A stretch of DNA of 64,000 nucleotides, from the NCBI RefSeq assembly GCF_009914755.1, contig NC_060938.1, one strand, 5' to 3'. A program made the translations under genes and the position numbers. Position 1 is the stretch's first letter; the number at the start of each line of letters is the position of its first letter. The DNA comes from the human T2T-CHM13v2.0 reference genome, Homo sapiens. This document shows positions 16,257 through 38,286 of this stretch, piece by piece. The notes below the pieces were generated by a model, which was not told the DNA's origin, searched no databases, and saw only the letters and a list, made by a program, of their open reading frames with translations.

Positions 16257-16872
16257 CTAAAATAGAATAGAAATAGGCTGTGGGTCAAACAATAATTTCA
16301 AAGGTATTCAAATCATAACTTAATTTCGCTTTGAATAAGCTTCTGTATATTAGGGACTGGGGAGAATTTGGGGTCTGCCAGATGCACTGGCTCACACCTG
16401 TAATCCCAACACTTTGGGAGGAATTTTTAAAAATAAGGTGTGTTTCTTGGTCTAAAGAAATTTCACAACTTGGTCTATGAAGTGCGCTTGGTTGAAGGGA
16501 TGGAGAGGGAAGTGAAGAGCTGAAGTTGGTTCCCTATGCCATACAGTGCAGTAAGCTTTTACAGAGTACCTCACCTACACCAGGCTTTCTGACCCCTGCA
16601 CTCCAGGAATCCTGCCCATGATGATGGCCACACTCTCCCTTACTTGGGTTTTAACCTACTTCTTGCTCATCTTCCTTCTCTCCCTTCCCTTATTTCTACT
16701 CCTCTGCTTTCCTCATGTTCTAGCTAATTTGCACTCTGTCAAGGAATGGATGATGGCTGGGTGCAGTGGCTCATGCCTGTAATCCCAGCATTTTGGGAGG
16801 CCGAGGGAGGTGGATCACCTGAGGTCAGGAGTTCAAGACCAGCTTGACCAACATGGTGAAATCCCGTCTCTA

Positions 16873-17034
<162 letters not shown>

Positions 17035-17349
17035 TCAAAAAAAAAAAAAAAAAAAAAGGAATGGATGATTAACAAGACAGACAGTATGGTCTGGCTGGAA
17101 GAGCAATGTCTTAAGAAGTGGGACACACAATTAACTTTTTCAGTACTCCATTCATTCATAAAATATTTACTGGGTGCCTGATGTGCACTGGGCATTTGGC
17201 TGAGAACAAGACAAACAAGGTCCTTACTCTCATGAAGCTTACACTGTAGTAAGAGGAGACAGACAATATAAGATGATGATAAATTCTGTGAAAACCATAA
17301 ACAACTGTGAGGTTATAAAAAGATGGAGTGCCTATGGAAAGCTTTTTGG

Positions 17350-18092
<743 letters not shown>

Positions 18093-18239
18093 TTGTGGAG
18101 GAATTTTGAATTGACACTTGATTGATGAGGAGCCAGGCTTACTAAAATCCAGGGTAAGAGTCAGAGATATGTATGCACCCTAGCCCTGGCTCTGCTACAG
18201 TGTGTGATCTTGGGCACGTTTTTTCTTTTCTTTTAAAGA

Positions 18240-19369
<1,130 letters not shown>

Positions 19370-19505
19370 TGAGACGACAATTGTACTACTGGTCATAGAG
19401 TACTAAGAGGATAAGCGAAAACTGAGTGACATTGCCTATCAAGAGCCTCGTATAAAGTCCGAGAGGTTCAGGTCTGTAAGTCAGAGTCCGCCTCCTGGTC
19501 CCTAA

Positions 19506-20201
<696 letters not shown>

Positions 20202-20429
20202 TGAGAGCCGTGAGAGCCCTAGCACGACTTGCCCAAAGACAATTTCTCAGGTCTCGCGACGCTTCTCCCCTCCCCTCCTAGAGGAACCCCAGGGCACGCC
20301 GGAATGCGTGTGGTCCTTCAGGGTCCATTAGGGTCAAAAGTGGGAGGGGCGTTCAGAGTCTGTTCTACTCATGGGAAAACAGGCCTTCCCGGGGTTATTT
20401 ATAAATGAGAGTTCCAGTTTCTCCAGATC

Positions 20430-22628
<2,199 letters not shown>

Positions 22629-23087
22629 TTTATAAACTCTAATTCTTTATTCTTGGTTTAATCTTGAGACTGCATTGAATTTTGCTTGTTTATTCCACTT
22701 TTTCTTTTGAACAGGAGTTGTAATTTTTAGTGACTTAATACTCTGGAGATTGAAAAGAACTGGTGTTTAAATACTGTAGTCTAACTTTTTTACTTCATTT
22801 TTCCTTTCTAGGGCATTCTGTTTGCTAGTTAGGTGTTTGCCATTATTTGCTTCTTGGCACGTGGCATGTAGTGGTCTTTGGAGAAGTCTTACAGTTGTGG
22901 GCAGGGTGGTTCTCATAGCTAAAATGGTGGTATATGTTATTGCTTAGGACTCTGCATGGGTATAGTGTTTATGTTCTCTGCAAGAAATTCATATTCTAAG
23001 GGTTAAGTGGTTACTCTGTTGTTTCTCTTGGTAATGGGAAAGGAAATTCTTGATTTTCCTAAGATGATATAAATTTTCTTTTTTTAA

Positions 23088-23228
<141 letters not shown>

Positions 23229-24215
23229 TAGAAGATCCTCCTTCAAAGATCCAATCTCCTTTCCCACTTAGCTTTCTAGTGTATCCCATGGGGCAGAGTC
23301 ATCAGAGCATCTGACAAGGAGGGAGCTCACTGAGGTGGGTGGAGAGAGGGGGTGGGATTGGTAGTCTAGGGCAGAGTTGAAGATGTGGACCCCTGCAGTT
23401 GCTACTGCCTCAACTCCCTGTCTGAGGAATGCATCCTTGAGGCATGTGGGTCCATCATGTTGACTTCACTTGTGATGTTGTGTCATTATGAATTGGTGGA
23501 ACTGAAATCATATGAACTAATCATGAACATTCACTTTGAATAGCAGGGCTCTCTTCATCCTGAGTCAAGCCTTCTAGCAAGCTAGGGAGCTTACACGTGA
23601 AATTCCCTTGGGGTGCAGATGAATAATGTGTGCACATGGAACCAGTTAGCAAATTGTCATTAGGTCTGCTAGATGTTTCCCTCAGACCATCCTGTCTGAA
23701 ACCACCCCATCTCAAATTGAACTCTTCCATCACTTTCTAGCCCCTTTCCCTGCTCTATTTTTCTTCATAATGCTTACTACTACCTGGCATTATATTATGT
23801 GTTTGTTTTTTATTGTCCATCTCTCCAATTAGAATGTTAACTGCAGAAGGCCAAGGACTTTGTCCATTGGTTTCCCACTTTACTGTATTTGGCACATAGT
23901 CGGTGCTCAGTAAATATTTCCTCAATGAATAAATCTGTTCAGTGCTATGAAGAGCTAAAAAATAGAACATAGGCCAGGCACAGTCATGTGTACCTATAGT
24001 CCTGGCCACTTGGAAGGCTGAGATGGGAGGATTGCTTGAGCCCAGGAGTTTAAGTCTAGCCTGGGCAACATACCAAGACCTTGTATCTTGAAAAAGAAAA
24101 AACAAATGGTTTCAAGTTACTAGAAATCCTTTGTAAAAATAATTTTTTAAAAATTGTCTTTAGGAGGTTTATAACTTCAGCAGGATGATGAAGAAAAAGA
24201 ACAATATGGATTTGG

Positions 24216-24905
<690 letters not shown>

Positions 24906-25088
24906 AGAAGCTGGGTCTTTTTTCATGCTATACAACCTGGAACTGGGGAACAGAGTAGCTTAGGTACTAACATCAAACAAGATAGAAGTGGAGAGTATTA
25001 TTGAAGAACACTGAAAACAACCTCTTACGTAACAGGATGGAGGGACAAGGGGGAGCCCAGGTCCTTGTGAAGTCACTCTGGTCTATAG

Positions 25089-25244
<156 letters not shown>

Positions 25245-25458
25245 TGAATGTAGGAGGAATCAGACAAGGTTCACATTCACTCCGAGGAAGTGGGGAGAAG
25301 CATTCCCAGGAGAATTTTCTTCTCATTTTATATTTTCCTACCAGAGAGGCTGACAAATTGTGATTTTCTGCTCTGTCACTTGGGAAAGCAATATTGTTTC
25401 TGATTGGAGTGATGTTTCCCTCTTGGTTTTAATGCAGACTTTCCTTTTGTGTTTCCAG

Positions 25459-25582
25459 GTGTGGGACGCCTGCTCAGAGGCCCTGATAATGTTTGATAAG
25501 GATAATTTAGATGACATGGGCTATATCGTGGAGAATGATGTCATCATGCATGCTCTCACTAAGCAGTTGGAGGCTGTGTCTG
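25459..25582 (+). CDS. COQ6: COQ6 exon 4 ([12 protein letters not shown]...GYIVEN...LEAVS)
   Basis: ttccag|GTG ... TCTG|gtgagg; 124 nt. Confidence 0.95.
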
Positions 25583-25696
25583 GTGAGGCCCCCATCTTCC
25601 ACCTTGCATTCATTGGGAAGTGAACTGCTTAGGACTTACTGGAAGAAAGGATCTCTTTTACAATATTCAGTGTCCACCATAAAGAAATCCTCTGAT

Positions 25697-27383
<1,687 letters not shown>

Positions 27384-27667
27384 CATAGAGCGTATTGTTT
27401 TTATGACCAGAAAAATAAAATGATTTCCAGCTGGAAGAAAATCTTTTGTAGTCTAGGATTTGTTTCAGCCTATGGTATTCCCAGCCTGTCTACTGTAAAA
27501 GCAAACACGGGCTCATTTAAGCGTAGAGTGAAAATGGAGGCGCAGAAGCATGTGGACAGTAAGAAAGAGTGCCTCTGACAGAGTTCACTGAGAACTTCAA
27601 TGTCTTTTTTTGACATTGAGTTATCTCTGTGGCTTCTGTCATTTATTAGCTCAGACCACAGCATTAA

Positions 27668-28018
<351 letters not shown>

Positions 28019-28603
28019 TAGTTTAATTTTAGGCAAAACTTTTGGTTATGAGGACCAGTACCTATTCAGGCCAGCTCAAGTGGAGATGGTCTCATCGTAA
28101 ATCCTGTACAGGGAGCAATCTCATGGGCCGTCTTAGGTTGTGAAATAACAGATAGCTGGGCCTCACAGGACAGGCACCAGAGTGTTGGGAATGGAGGCTG
28201 TTCTTTCCCTCTGAGGAGTCTGTGGTCATTGATCTCTTGCCTCTCATTTTTCTCCTTTCTGCTCACAAGCTTCCCTTTTTGCATGGTAGCCATTCCTAAC
28301 CCTACATCAGAACTATTCAGCTCCAGTGTGTGCCCCATACTGAAACTTTCCTTATTGCTCTCTAGTTCAAATATCAGGAGGGCCTGGCTGAGTTTAACTC
28401 ATGGCTGGCACCTGTTCAGTCATGTCCAGCTTTGGCTCTGTTGGCTGAGGCTGATGTGACAGTGCAGGGGCTCCACCTCTAGGGGCTGTGAGTGAAGCAG
28501 GCCTGATGGAATTATCCTGCCACACAACAATCAGAGCTGGAGGAAACTTTAGGGAGCAGAGAAAAACTTCTGAAGCAGTTTATGAAGAGGCTGGAAGACT
28601 TAG

Positions 28604-28741
<138 letters not shown>

Positions 28742-28815
28742 TGAGCTGCCATCTGGGGACTTTATTCATAGGCACTAGGTACTTCACAGAGAAACTTTTC
28801 TCCTCTCTGTTGCAG

Positions 28816-28878
28816 GCCACAGAAAACAACGTAGCCTGGCAGAGATTTCTTCCCTCTGGGCCTATTGCTCTGCTCCCG
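28816..28878 (+). CDS. COQ6: COQ6 exon 7 ([21 protein letters not shown])
   Basis: ttgcag|GCC ... CCG|gtaaga; 63 nt; UbiH/COQ6-type GPIALLP. Confidence 0.95.
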
Positions 28879-29068
28879 GTAAGAGGTCCTTCTGACCAGT
28901 CCGCCCACATGCATGCAAGCCTTTCCTCTTCACTTTCTCTCAGCCTTTTTCTGGTTTCAAGGGAATCTGCCCAGGCTGTTTGTAAGTTCCCTTTTTGTCT
29001 TTTTATGCTTGAGAGTTTCCAAGTGCAGCAGAGTCTTAGCCGTTGGTATTGGTGTTCTTTTGACACAG

Positions 29069-29176
29069 CTCTCAGACACCTTGAGTTCCTTGGTTTGGTC
29101 CACGTCCCATGAACATGCAGCAGAGCTAGTTAGCATGGATGAGGAAAAATTTGTGGATGCCGTTAACTCTGCCTTT
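29069..29176 (+). CDS. COQ6: COQ6 exon 8 ([11 protein letters not shown]...VNSAF)
   Basis: acacag|CTC ... TTT|gtgagt; 108 nt. Confidence 0.95.
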
Positions 29177-29183
29177 GTGAGTA

Positions 29184-29207
29184 TCAATTTACCCAGCTGA
29201 TGATGTG
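29184..29207 (-). CDS. ENTPD5: ENTPD5 alternative terminal exon coding part (HIISWVN*; 407-aa form)
   Basis: Strong - strand acceptor cctttctgtatctccccctgcag|CAC ATC ATC AGC TGG GTA AAT TGA; phase 0 matches the donor at 39663; - strand AATAAA at 28766-28761. I recall an ENTPD5 isoform with this ending. Confidence 0.6.
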   Translation of the reverse strand, partial: HIISWVN

Positions 29208-29235
29208 CTGCAGGGGGAGATACAGAAAGGTGTTG

Positions 29236-29523
29236 TTTTTTTTTTTTTGAAACGGATCCTTGCCAGGCTGGAGCGCAGTGGCGCGATCTTGGCTCACTGT
29301 GCAATCTCCGCCTCCCGGGTTCAAGCGATTCTCCTGCCTCAGCCTCCTAAGTAGCTGGGACTACAGGCACGTGCCACCATGCCCAGCTAATTTTTCTATT
29401 TTTAGTAGAGATGAGGTTTCACCATGTTGGCCAGGCTGGTCTCAAACTCCTGACCTCAAGTGATCTGCCTGCCTTGGCCTCCCAAAGTGCTGGGATTACA
29501 GGCGTGAGCCACTGCACCCAGCC
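29236..29523 (-). mobile_element. AluS in COQ6 intron 8
   Basis: TSD CAGAAAGGTG (29223-29232 / 29523-29532). Confidence 0.88.
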
Positions 29524-30766
29524 AGAAAGGTGGTTTTGAGTCAGGAAAAAGGAGTAACCAGTCAGCTGTCCCTTTCTACTTTGTAACTATAATGCTTGGT
29601 CTAGATTATGTGGAGGAGTGTACACACGGAAATGCAAAACAATAGAAATAATAAATAATAACCTTTTGAGGGTTGTGGGCTGCTGTTAGGCTGACTGAAA
29701 CAGCTGCCTGGGTGGTGGTTAGCATTGGCCTTTTTTTGAAGCTGTAACACTTGGATTATTTTGAACAGTTCTGCTAGGTTGCAGCTACCTGAACCTTTCA
29801 AGCCTGATTCATTGAAAGTATTCCTAGGGAAAGGCCGAGCGAATTTCAGCATGGGGCTTAAGAGTAAGCTTAGTAGATAGATGTGGGTTCAAAATGTAAA
29901 TAGTATCACTAACTGCTCAGGGTTGAATAAAGACTTTCAAAATGAGAGAACTTTTGTAAAATCCATGGAACATCTTTAGTACATTGTAGGTGCTCAACAA
30001 ATACTAATAATTCTGGAGTAGACACAGCCTTTGGATAATATGGGTACCAGTATTACTTTTGGAGCCTAAATGACACTCAAAGCCTGCTACCTTCACACCA
30101 AAGACTCCACTGCTCTGTAGTAGCAACAAGAATAAAGGGAACTGAACATACTGAAATGGATTCCGAGATAAATGGTGAACACTACCCTACTCTGGGCCAT
30201 TTAGTATATATTCCTGGCACAGGTCTAGGTCCTCTGCAGTGCAGTCATTCACCATTAATTGTCCTTTCTATGTAGCAGGCTCTGGAGATACTGAGAACAG
30301 TCTCCGCTTTCAGGAAGTTCATAGTCAAGTAAGGAAGACCGTAAATGACAATCTCCGTACAGTGATAGAAGTATGCATAGGATGCTGTGGAAGCATACAG
30401 GGGGGAAACACAGAGAAAGACTGGAGGAGTTAAAAAGAGGCGACGTCTTCTGGATGCTCTGAGATGTTATCCTAATGAAATAGAGACGGGCATTCTAAGC
30501 AGAGGAGAGTCATGGAGGTAGAAGGATACTGTGTGATGAGCTATACTGTGGCTGGTGCGTGGTTATTGAGGGTGGGGACTAGTGAAAGGTGAAGCTCAGA
30601 AGTAGGCAGGGGCCAGCTCATGTACAGTTTGGCTAGATCTTAAAACCTCTGGGGAGTGATGAGAAGTTGCTTTGCACTTGAGGGGCTTATCACTTGTCAA
30701 GATCAGTGTAGGCAAGTTGGGTAGCATTAGCCTAAGCTTTGGTTACAAACAAGGTTTCTTTATTGA

Positions 30767-31030
<264 letters not shown>

Positions 31031-31108
31031 TAAGACGATAACAGAGCAGGGCCACTCCCTTCTCACTTTGCTGCCAGAGGTCACACCTGAACTCTGCTTT
31101 ATTCTTAG

Positions 31109-31224
31109 GGATGCAGCCCACAGAGTCCATCCGCTTGCAGGACAGGGTGTCAACATGGGCTTTGGGGATATCTCCAGCTTGGCCCATCACCTCAGTACGG
31201 CAGCCTTCAATGGGAAGGACTTAG
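31109..31224 (+). CDS. COQ6: COQ6 exon 10 ([21 protein letters not shown]...)
   Basis: tcttag|G ... TTAG|gtaagg; 116 nt; GDAAH...PxxGQGxNxG FAD fingerprint. Confidence 0.96.
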
Positions 31225-31371
31225 GTAAGGATTCAGGTACTATGGGGAAGTATCCAGAGGTCATATAGTTAGGCAAGATCAGGGCCCACAGTAGCAAGAG
31301 GGAGTGGACATAAAATATATCTGGCTTGCTAGGAGATGGAAGAAAACCTTATTATTGGATTAGGGATTTAA

Positions 31372-31578
<207 letters not shown>

Positions 31579-31620
31579 TGACTTTGCAAACAGCTCTTAA
31601 TTTCTTTTGCTTTTTTTTGA

Positions 31621-31836
<216 letters not shown>

Positions 31837-32623
31837 TGATCTGCCTGCCTCGGCCTCCCAAAGTGCTGGGATTACAGGCGTGAGCCACTGCGGCTGGCCC
31901 ACAGCTCTTAATTTCTTTGAATTAATTTTCTTGGCTGTAAAATTATTATCTTTATGTGTTTGCCTTCCCAAGGGTTACAAGCAGAAGAGTACTTGCTAGG
32001 CTTTTAGGTGTTACGGCCCACATCTAAGCAATAACTATGTATAAAAAGGGCTTAAAAATAGTGAATAGGGAGTGTGGTGGCACATGCCTGTAGTCCTAGC
32101 TATTCAGGAGACTGAGGCAAGAGGATAATTTAAGCCTAGGAGTTTGAGGCTGCAGTGGGCTATGATCACATCATTGTTACTCAGACTGGGTGACAGAGTT
32201 AAGACCAGTCTCTTGAAAAAAAAAAATGAATAGGGATTTCTAATGATGAAGATGTTTAAGCTCCTTTTGCTGCTTGACTAGTTTCATCCCTGAGAACTTC
32301 CATTTAAAGATATGTTTTTTCTGATGGGTGCAGTGGCTCACACCTGTAATCCCAGCACTTTATAGGAGGCTGGGGAGGGAGGATTGCTTGAGCCTAGGAG
32401 TTTGAGGCTGCAGTGAGCTATGATCACACCACTGCACTCCAGCCCAGTCAACAGAGTGAGACCCTGTCTCTAAAACGTGTGTATATGTATGTATATTTTT
32501 CTTTTTTTAGCTGAAATAAAACAAGGACACTTGGGAAGAATACCTACGTGATTATTATCTACAATAATTATTTTCTTCACCTTACTGTGTTAAGAGTTTC
32601 ATTCACTTTTATTTTTTCTCCAG

Positions 32624-32653
32624 GAACAGATTATGGCCTTTGCAAGCAAATGA
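32624..32653 (+). CDS. COQ6: COQ6 exon 12 coding part (EQIMAFASK*)
   Basis: ctccag|GAA ... TGA. The twelve exons sum to 1407 nt = 468 aa. Confidence 0.95.
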   Translation, partial: EQIMAFASK

Positions 32654-32743
32654 GTACTCCTCTCCTAAAGAAAGATTACGTTGATGAAAAAGAACATCCT
32701 GCCCAGGACCCATCATACATATTTTCAAGATCTTATTTAATTT

Positions 32744-32749
32744 AATAAA
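32744..32749 (+). terminator. COQ6: COQ6 proximal poly(A) signal
   Basis: AATAAA about 90 nt after the stop, followed by a T-rich downstream element. A distal AATAAA pair lies at 33243-33256. Confidence 0.7.
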
Positions 32750-32901
32750 CTTACTTTACATTAAAATTCTCTTTTTCTTCTTTGCTTAATGGGCCTGTGG
32801 CACCCAAATAATGAATGATAATTTGCTGTGAGGAGCGTATATTAGCCAGACCAAAGGAAAAAACTTCGAAGGAAGACTTACAATTTGGTTGAAAAGAGCT
32901 T

Positions 32902-32907
32902 TTTATT
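32902..32907 (-). terminator. ENTPD5: Candidate distal ENTPD5 poly(A) signal
   Basis: TTTATT on + is AATAAA on -. Other candidates at 33204-33209 and 34837-34842. Confidence 0.5.
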
Positions 32908-35100
32908 ACTAAAAAACCCACAAGGTGCTGTCTCACTCATTTCCAGTTAATCATTTCTAAAGAGAAAATTTACATTTTGTTTTTGTTTTAATGTTGGTCA
33001 TAAATTTATACAGTTGTTTTTTGATAGAGGTAAGAATTAGACTCGATGCATTTTTGTTAGAATTGCTGTTTAAATGTTAACATCAGAATGCAAATTAAAT
33101 ATAAATTGCTTTAACCTTTGTTACAGGTATACTGGACTTTCTGAAAGGAAAACCAGGTCTCATTAATGCTAGTTATTACTTTATCACAGCACCAGATTTC
33201 CATTTTATTTATGGTTCCTCTCTGGGACACCACTGTCGGTTTAATAAAACAATAAATAATTCATTGCACAGATCCGAAGACCTCAGGAACCAGATCACAA
33301 GGGAAACCGATTAGCAGCAGAATTTGTTCATGTTTGGTGGCAGACTGGTGGCCAACTGGAGGGAGGGGAGTTTTACTGTGGGTTTTTGAAGAGGTCTCGT
33401 CACAAGACCAGAGATGCCTCTTGAAGAGATTTTTAGGTTGTAGGTTTGCTTACTCTAAAGAACATCTTGCCCAGAAGTCTGATTTGAGATGAAATGAAGA
33501 GAAACAGTCTGCTTTTGAACCAAGTAAGGTATTCTTGGGAATAATTTTTAGAGCCATGAGAAATCTATTCTTACAGGGGTGCTTTTCAGGCAAATGCAGA
33601 AAATTTAAAAGAGTCTAGAACAAAAAAGTGACAATGTCACAACCTTGCTGGAATCTCAGGAAAAAGAATTAAAGATGGCAGCTGCTGTGAAAAGCTGTGT
33701 GACTCCTGGCGGAGACTGCAGGGACAAGGTCATCTTTCACAAAAAATGGAAAGGTGGCCTAGATGAGGAGGACACAGACTCTCCAGAAGTTATGCAAACA
33801 AAATCAGGCAAGATGAAGAATTTTAAGGCACACCTCCATTGGCCCACAGAGAGTGTTCTTCATATGACAATGATGTTAAACACCATCTGTCACGTACCAG
33901 GCCATGTCCTAAGTATTTTAAATATGTTAACACATCTACAAAGAGGAAACTATTAGAATCTGTAGGACCTCTTAAGCCCAAAGGGTCTACTGCAGGCAGG
34001 ATGGGCGTTACAGAAAAAAATAAAAACTCTCATTCCAAATTGCTCCTAAGATGGACAAATTGGTTACTTCTCCAGAAGGTCTAATCAAGGTTAACAAAAT
34101 AGGTAAGTTCGTGGAGTTAGAATGCATCTTCCCTGGAGTTCAGAGGTATTTGGGATGACCAAAGGAGTCTGCTGGACAGTATGTGTGTTTTACAAAATGG
34201 CCCCCACAGTGATTAAAGACCAGAGACTTATATCTCTGCATTTGTCAAGCTGGAACAGTCTTTAGTGAACACAGCTTACCTCTTTTAAAACTGCTGGTTT
34301 CTACTGAAGGAAACATGGATGACATTTAGTGTTCTGTGACTGGTCTGGCACCCTACTTTTGTTGACAAAGATGGGAAGGGGTCTAAAAGTCATGTCACTT
34401 ATAAAAGAACTTGGGAGGAACTTTTTTCAAAAGATCCAAAGATTTTGGAAGGAGAGATTAGAGCAGAACTAAGACCACTTAGAAGATAGGTAGATTTCAG
34501 CTCAATATAAGGAATTTTTTTTTAATATCAGTGCAGTTCCAAATGGAATAAGCTGTTTGAACATGGCTTAGCAGAAGCTGAATGACAACCTGTTAGAAAT
34601 TCTAGGGAATTCTGCACTGAGTACAACATTGGATTATTTCTTTGGGCTGTTTCCAACTCAAGATTCTGTTATTTCATTATAAGCATTTTGAGGAAGGCAG
34701 TTGGTATAAAGGTGACCTTAGTAATAAAAGTCAGTGTGAAGTCTAAAGAAATTCCACAATGAATTTAAAGACAAGAATTTTAGGGACAAGGATACAGAAA
34801 TTTGCCTAGTAACTTGCACACAGCAGATGGTAAATATTTATTGACTCAATGGAGTAATGTTAAAAATAAGGTTTCCCATGGACTGTGTGAGGGCCAGGCA
34901 TACTTAACATCCTTTGTGAGAGAGAGGATGGAAACGGAGTCTACTGTGAAAGCCACAAGTTTTGGGGAAATACACTCCTGCAAAGAAGCTGGAGGTTAAC
35001 AACCAAGGCAAAGGGGCCAGACCACAGGGAGATCTTCCAGGTCCAAGAGCACTGCAGGGCAGATGAGAAGCAGGGATGATTATGTTGAAAGTGCAAGATA

Positions 35101-35383
35101 AGGCCAGGCGCGGTGTCTCATGCCTGTAATCCCAGCACTTTGGGAAGCGGGTGGATCAATTGAGATCAGGAGTTGGAAACCAGCCTGGCCAACATGGTGA
35201 AACCCCATCTCTACTACAAATACAAAAATTAGCCAGGAATGGTGGTGGGCACCTGTAATCCCAGCTCTTCAGGAGGCTGAGAACAAGAATCGCTTGAACC
35301 TGGGGGCGGAGGTTGCAGTGAGCTGAGATTGCGCCACTCCACTCTAGCCTGAGCAACAGAGCAAGACTCCATCTCAAAAAAAA
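35101..35383 (+). mobile_element. AluS, antisense within the long ENTPD5 3' UTR region
   Basis: TSD AAAGTGCAAGATA (35088-35100 / 35381-35393). Confidence 0.88.
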
Positions 35384-36582
35384 GTGCAAGATAATGAATT
35401 TGGGGTAAATAATTCACAGTCAAGAGCTCTGAGCACTTGGATTCAAAAAGAGAGCATGAGGGACATTAAATATGGTTCTCCCTGGAAATGTTGGTCCACT
35501 GTACTGATGTGGGCTGAGAGAGCCAACCAAATCCAAGTGGGGTTTTGTCAGGAACGGTATTGGAAACTCTGAACTAGATAAATAATTCAAAGGATATTAG
35601 CTAAAGTGATCAGGGACCAGGACAGGAAGGTACTGTTACAAACGGAGAGAATAAAAGGGCAAACTGAAATAATAGATCCTGGAATAGCACAGACACTGAC
35701 CTCTGACCACAGACCAAAAGTTAGGGCCTAGTTGTATTTCTTAGAAATACAAAGAAAACAAGTTTAGAATCATAGAAAACACTGTTAACACATTAGCCTG
35801 GGAGGTGGTACTGGCACTGAATATACACATACCCATAAAGTCGGATATGTTCATTAATCCCAGAGTTGACTGATAAAATGCTGATTAAAGCAAAGGTAGG
35901 CTATATGAGGCAGCCACACCCTCCCAAAACATGTCCCCAGAGACCGGGTGGCCTTCTTTCTTAAGGCTGTAATTTATGCACAGTTAGGAGTTACTCTCTC
36001 ATCCTATTAATATTTAGGATGGCTCTCAGCTGGCTGATTGGAGCTAACACAGAATAGGATCATACAGATTCTGACATGGTACCATTTTGCGTTGTTGAAT
36101 TATACATGGAAAGCAAAACCAGGTTTTTTTTTTTCTCTCTTTTTCAGGGGAGGTGGGTGCAGATAAGGGTGGGCAGGGCACTGTATAGGGAGGAAAAAAA
36201 TACTGATATTGATGGGTCTTGGGATTGCAATAAGTCAGTTTACCATTTAAGAGGAAAATTTAAATATTCAGTGGAATGAGGCACTCAAAGGGTTGAAATG
36301 CGATTTTTCTTTGGTTTCCAGGGACCTGTCCCTGGGCTCTCACTCCAAGGTTAAGTTCCAAAACTATACTTTTTGGCTCACAGGGCTCTCTGTGATGCTC
36401 TGGTGCCAGCTGTGTACTCTTGAGTGGTTAGGCAGCAGTTCACATTAGATGTGTAAAATTAATTAAACCTAAATCTCTAGGCTCAAGTCCAGGATGTCCC
36501 CAGACTAGTTCAGAAACTAAGTGCTCTCTCCTCCCCTTAAAAAGGTGTTGGCAAATGCAGGTCTCCAAGGAAGTACGTGGCC

Positions 36583-36669
36583 TCAATGGGAGATGCCCAG
36601 AGACTGCAACAGGTGAAAGGTGGCCCCCAAGGCCCAGCCCGTCTCTATGTTGTTCACTTTCTTTGTGAG
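36583..36669 (-). CDS. ENTPD5: ENTPD5 last coding exon ([28 protein letters not shown]; ACR5)
   Basis: caacag|CTC ... TGA; 87 nt; GWALG = apyrase conserved region 5. Confidence 0.95.
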   Translation of the reverse strand, partial: LTKKVNNIETGWALGATFHLLQSLGISH

Positions 36670-37617
36670 CTGTTGAGAAGAAAAAAAGTCTTCACCTTTT
36701 CATCCAGTTTCCAACTCTAGCAAGCACAGCTCTTGGGCAGAAAATATTGGCAAAGAATATCCACATGGGCAAACCAAGGCAAAACGGACAGAAGCCAGTC
36801 TTTGCAGGCTTCCCACTACTCTGTAACAATTTCCTTCCGGCCATGGCCCATTGGCCATTGCCCCTACACCCACCATTCTCATATCTGAACTGAATGCTTC
36901 TGGCCCAGGTTGTGGCCCATCAGGCCTTCTAGAGAGATAGTTTAGACAGACAGTATTCTGAACTTTCCCTAACGTTGAAACTACACAAAGTATCCCCTGC
37001 TTTATTTTCTGATTCACTAATTTCAGATAAGGCAACTTGTAATGATAATAGATGTGGCAGAAAGAGCATGGTCAGGAGGTGAGAATAGATCTAGGGGTAG
37101 GAAAGAACAAACCAAGCTTCTCAACTCCTACTATGTAAGCAAGTGCCTCTTCCTAAGCACTAATAATAACCAAACATGGGGCCAGGCGCAGTGGCTCATG
37201 CCTGTACTCCTGGCACTTTGGGAGGCCAAGGCAGGTGGATTGCTTGAGGCCAGGAGTTCAAGACCAGCCTGGGCAACATGGCAAAACCCCGTCTCTACAA
37301 AAAAATTAGACAAGAGTGGTGGCACACACCTGTAATCCCAGCTACTCAGAGGGCTGAGGTGGGAGGGTCACTTGAACCCGGGAGGCAGAGGTTGCAGTGA
37401 ACTGAGATCATGCCACTGCACTCCAGCATGGGTGACAGAGCAAGACCCTGTCTCAAAAAAAAAAAAAAAAAGAAAAAAAAAGAAACGAACAAAAAAGGCC
37501 AGGAGTGGTGGCTCATGCCTATAATTCTAGCACTTTGGGAGGCTGAGGCGGGTGGATCACCTGAGATCAGAAGTTTGAGAATAGCCTGGCCAACATGGTG
37601 AAACCCCGTGTCTACTA

Positions 37618-37817
<200 letters not shown>

Positions 37818-37878
37818 TTAAGACATTCTAAGCCAGTACATATCTCAATTAGCTTAGTGACCTTGGGCAAAACTTTAG

Positions 37879-38286
<408 letters not shown>

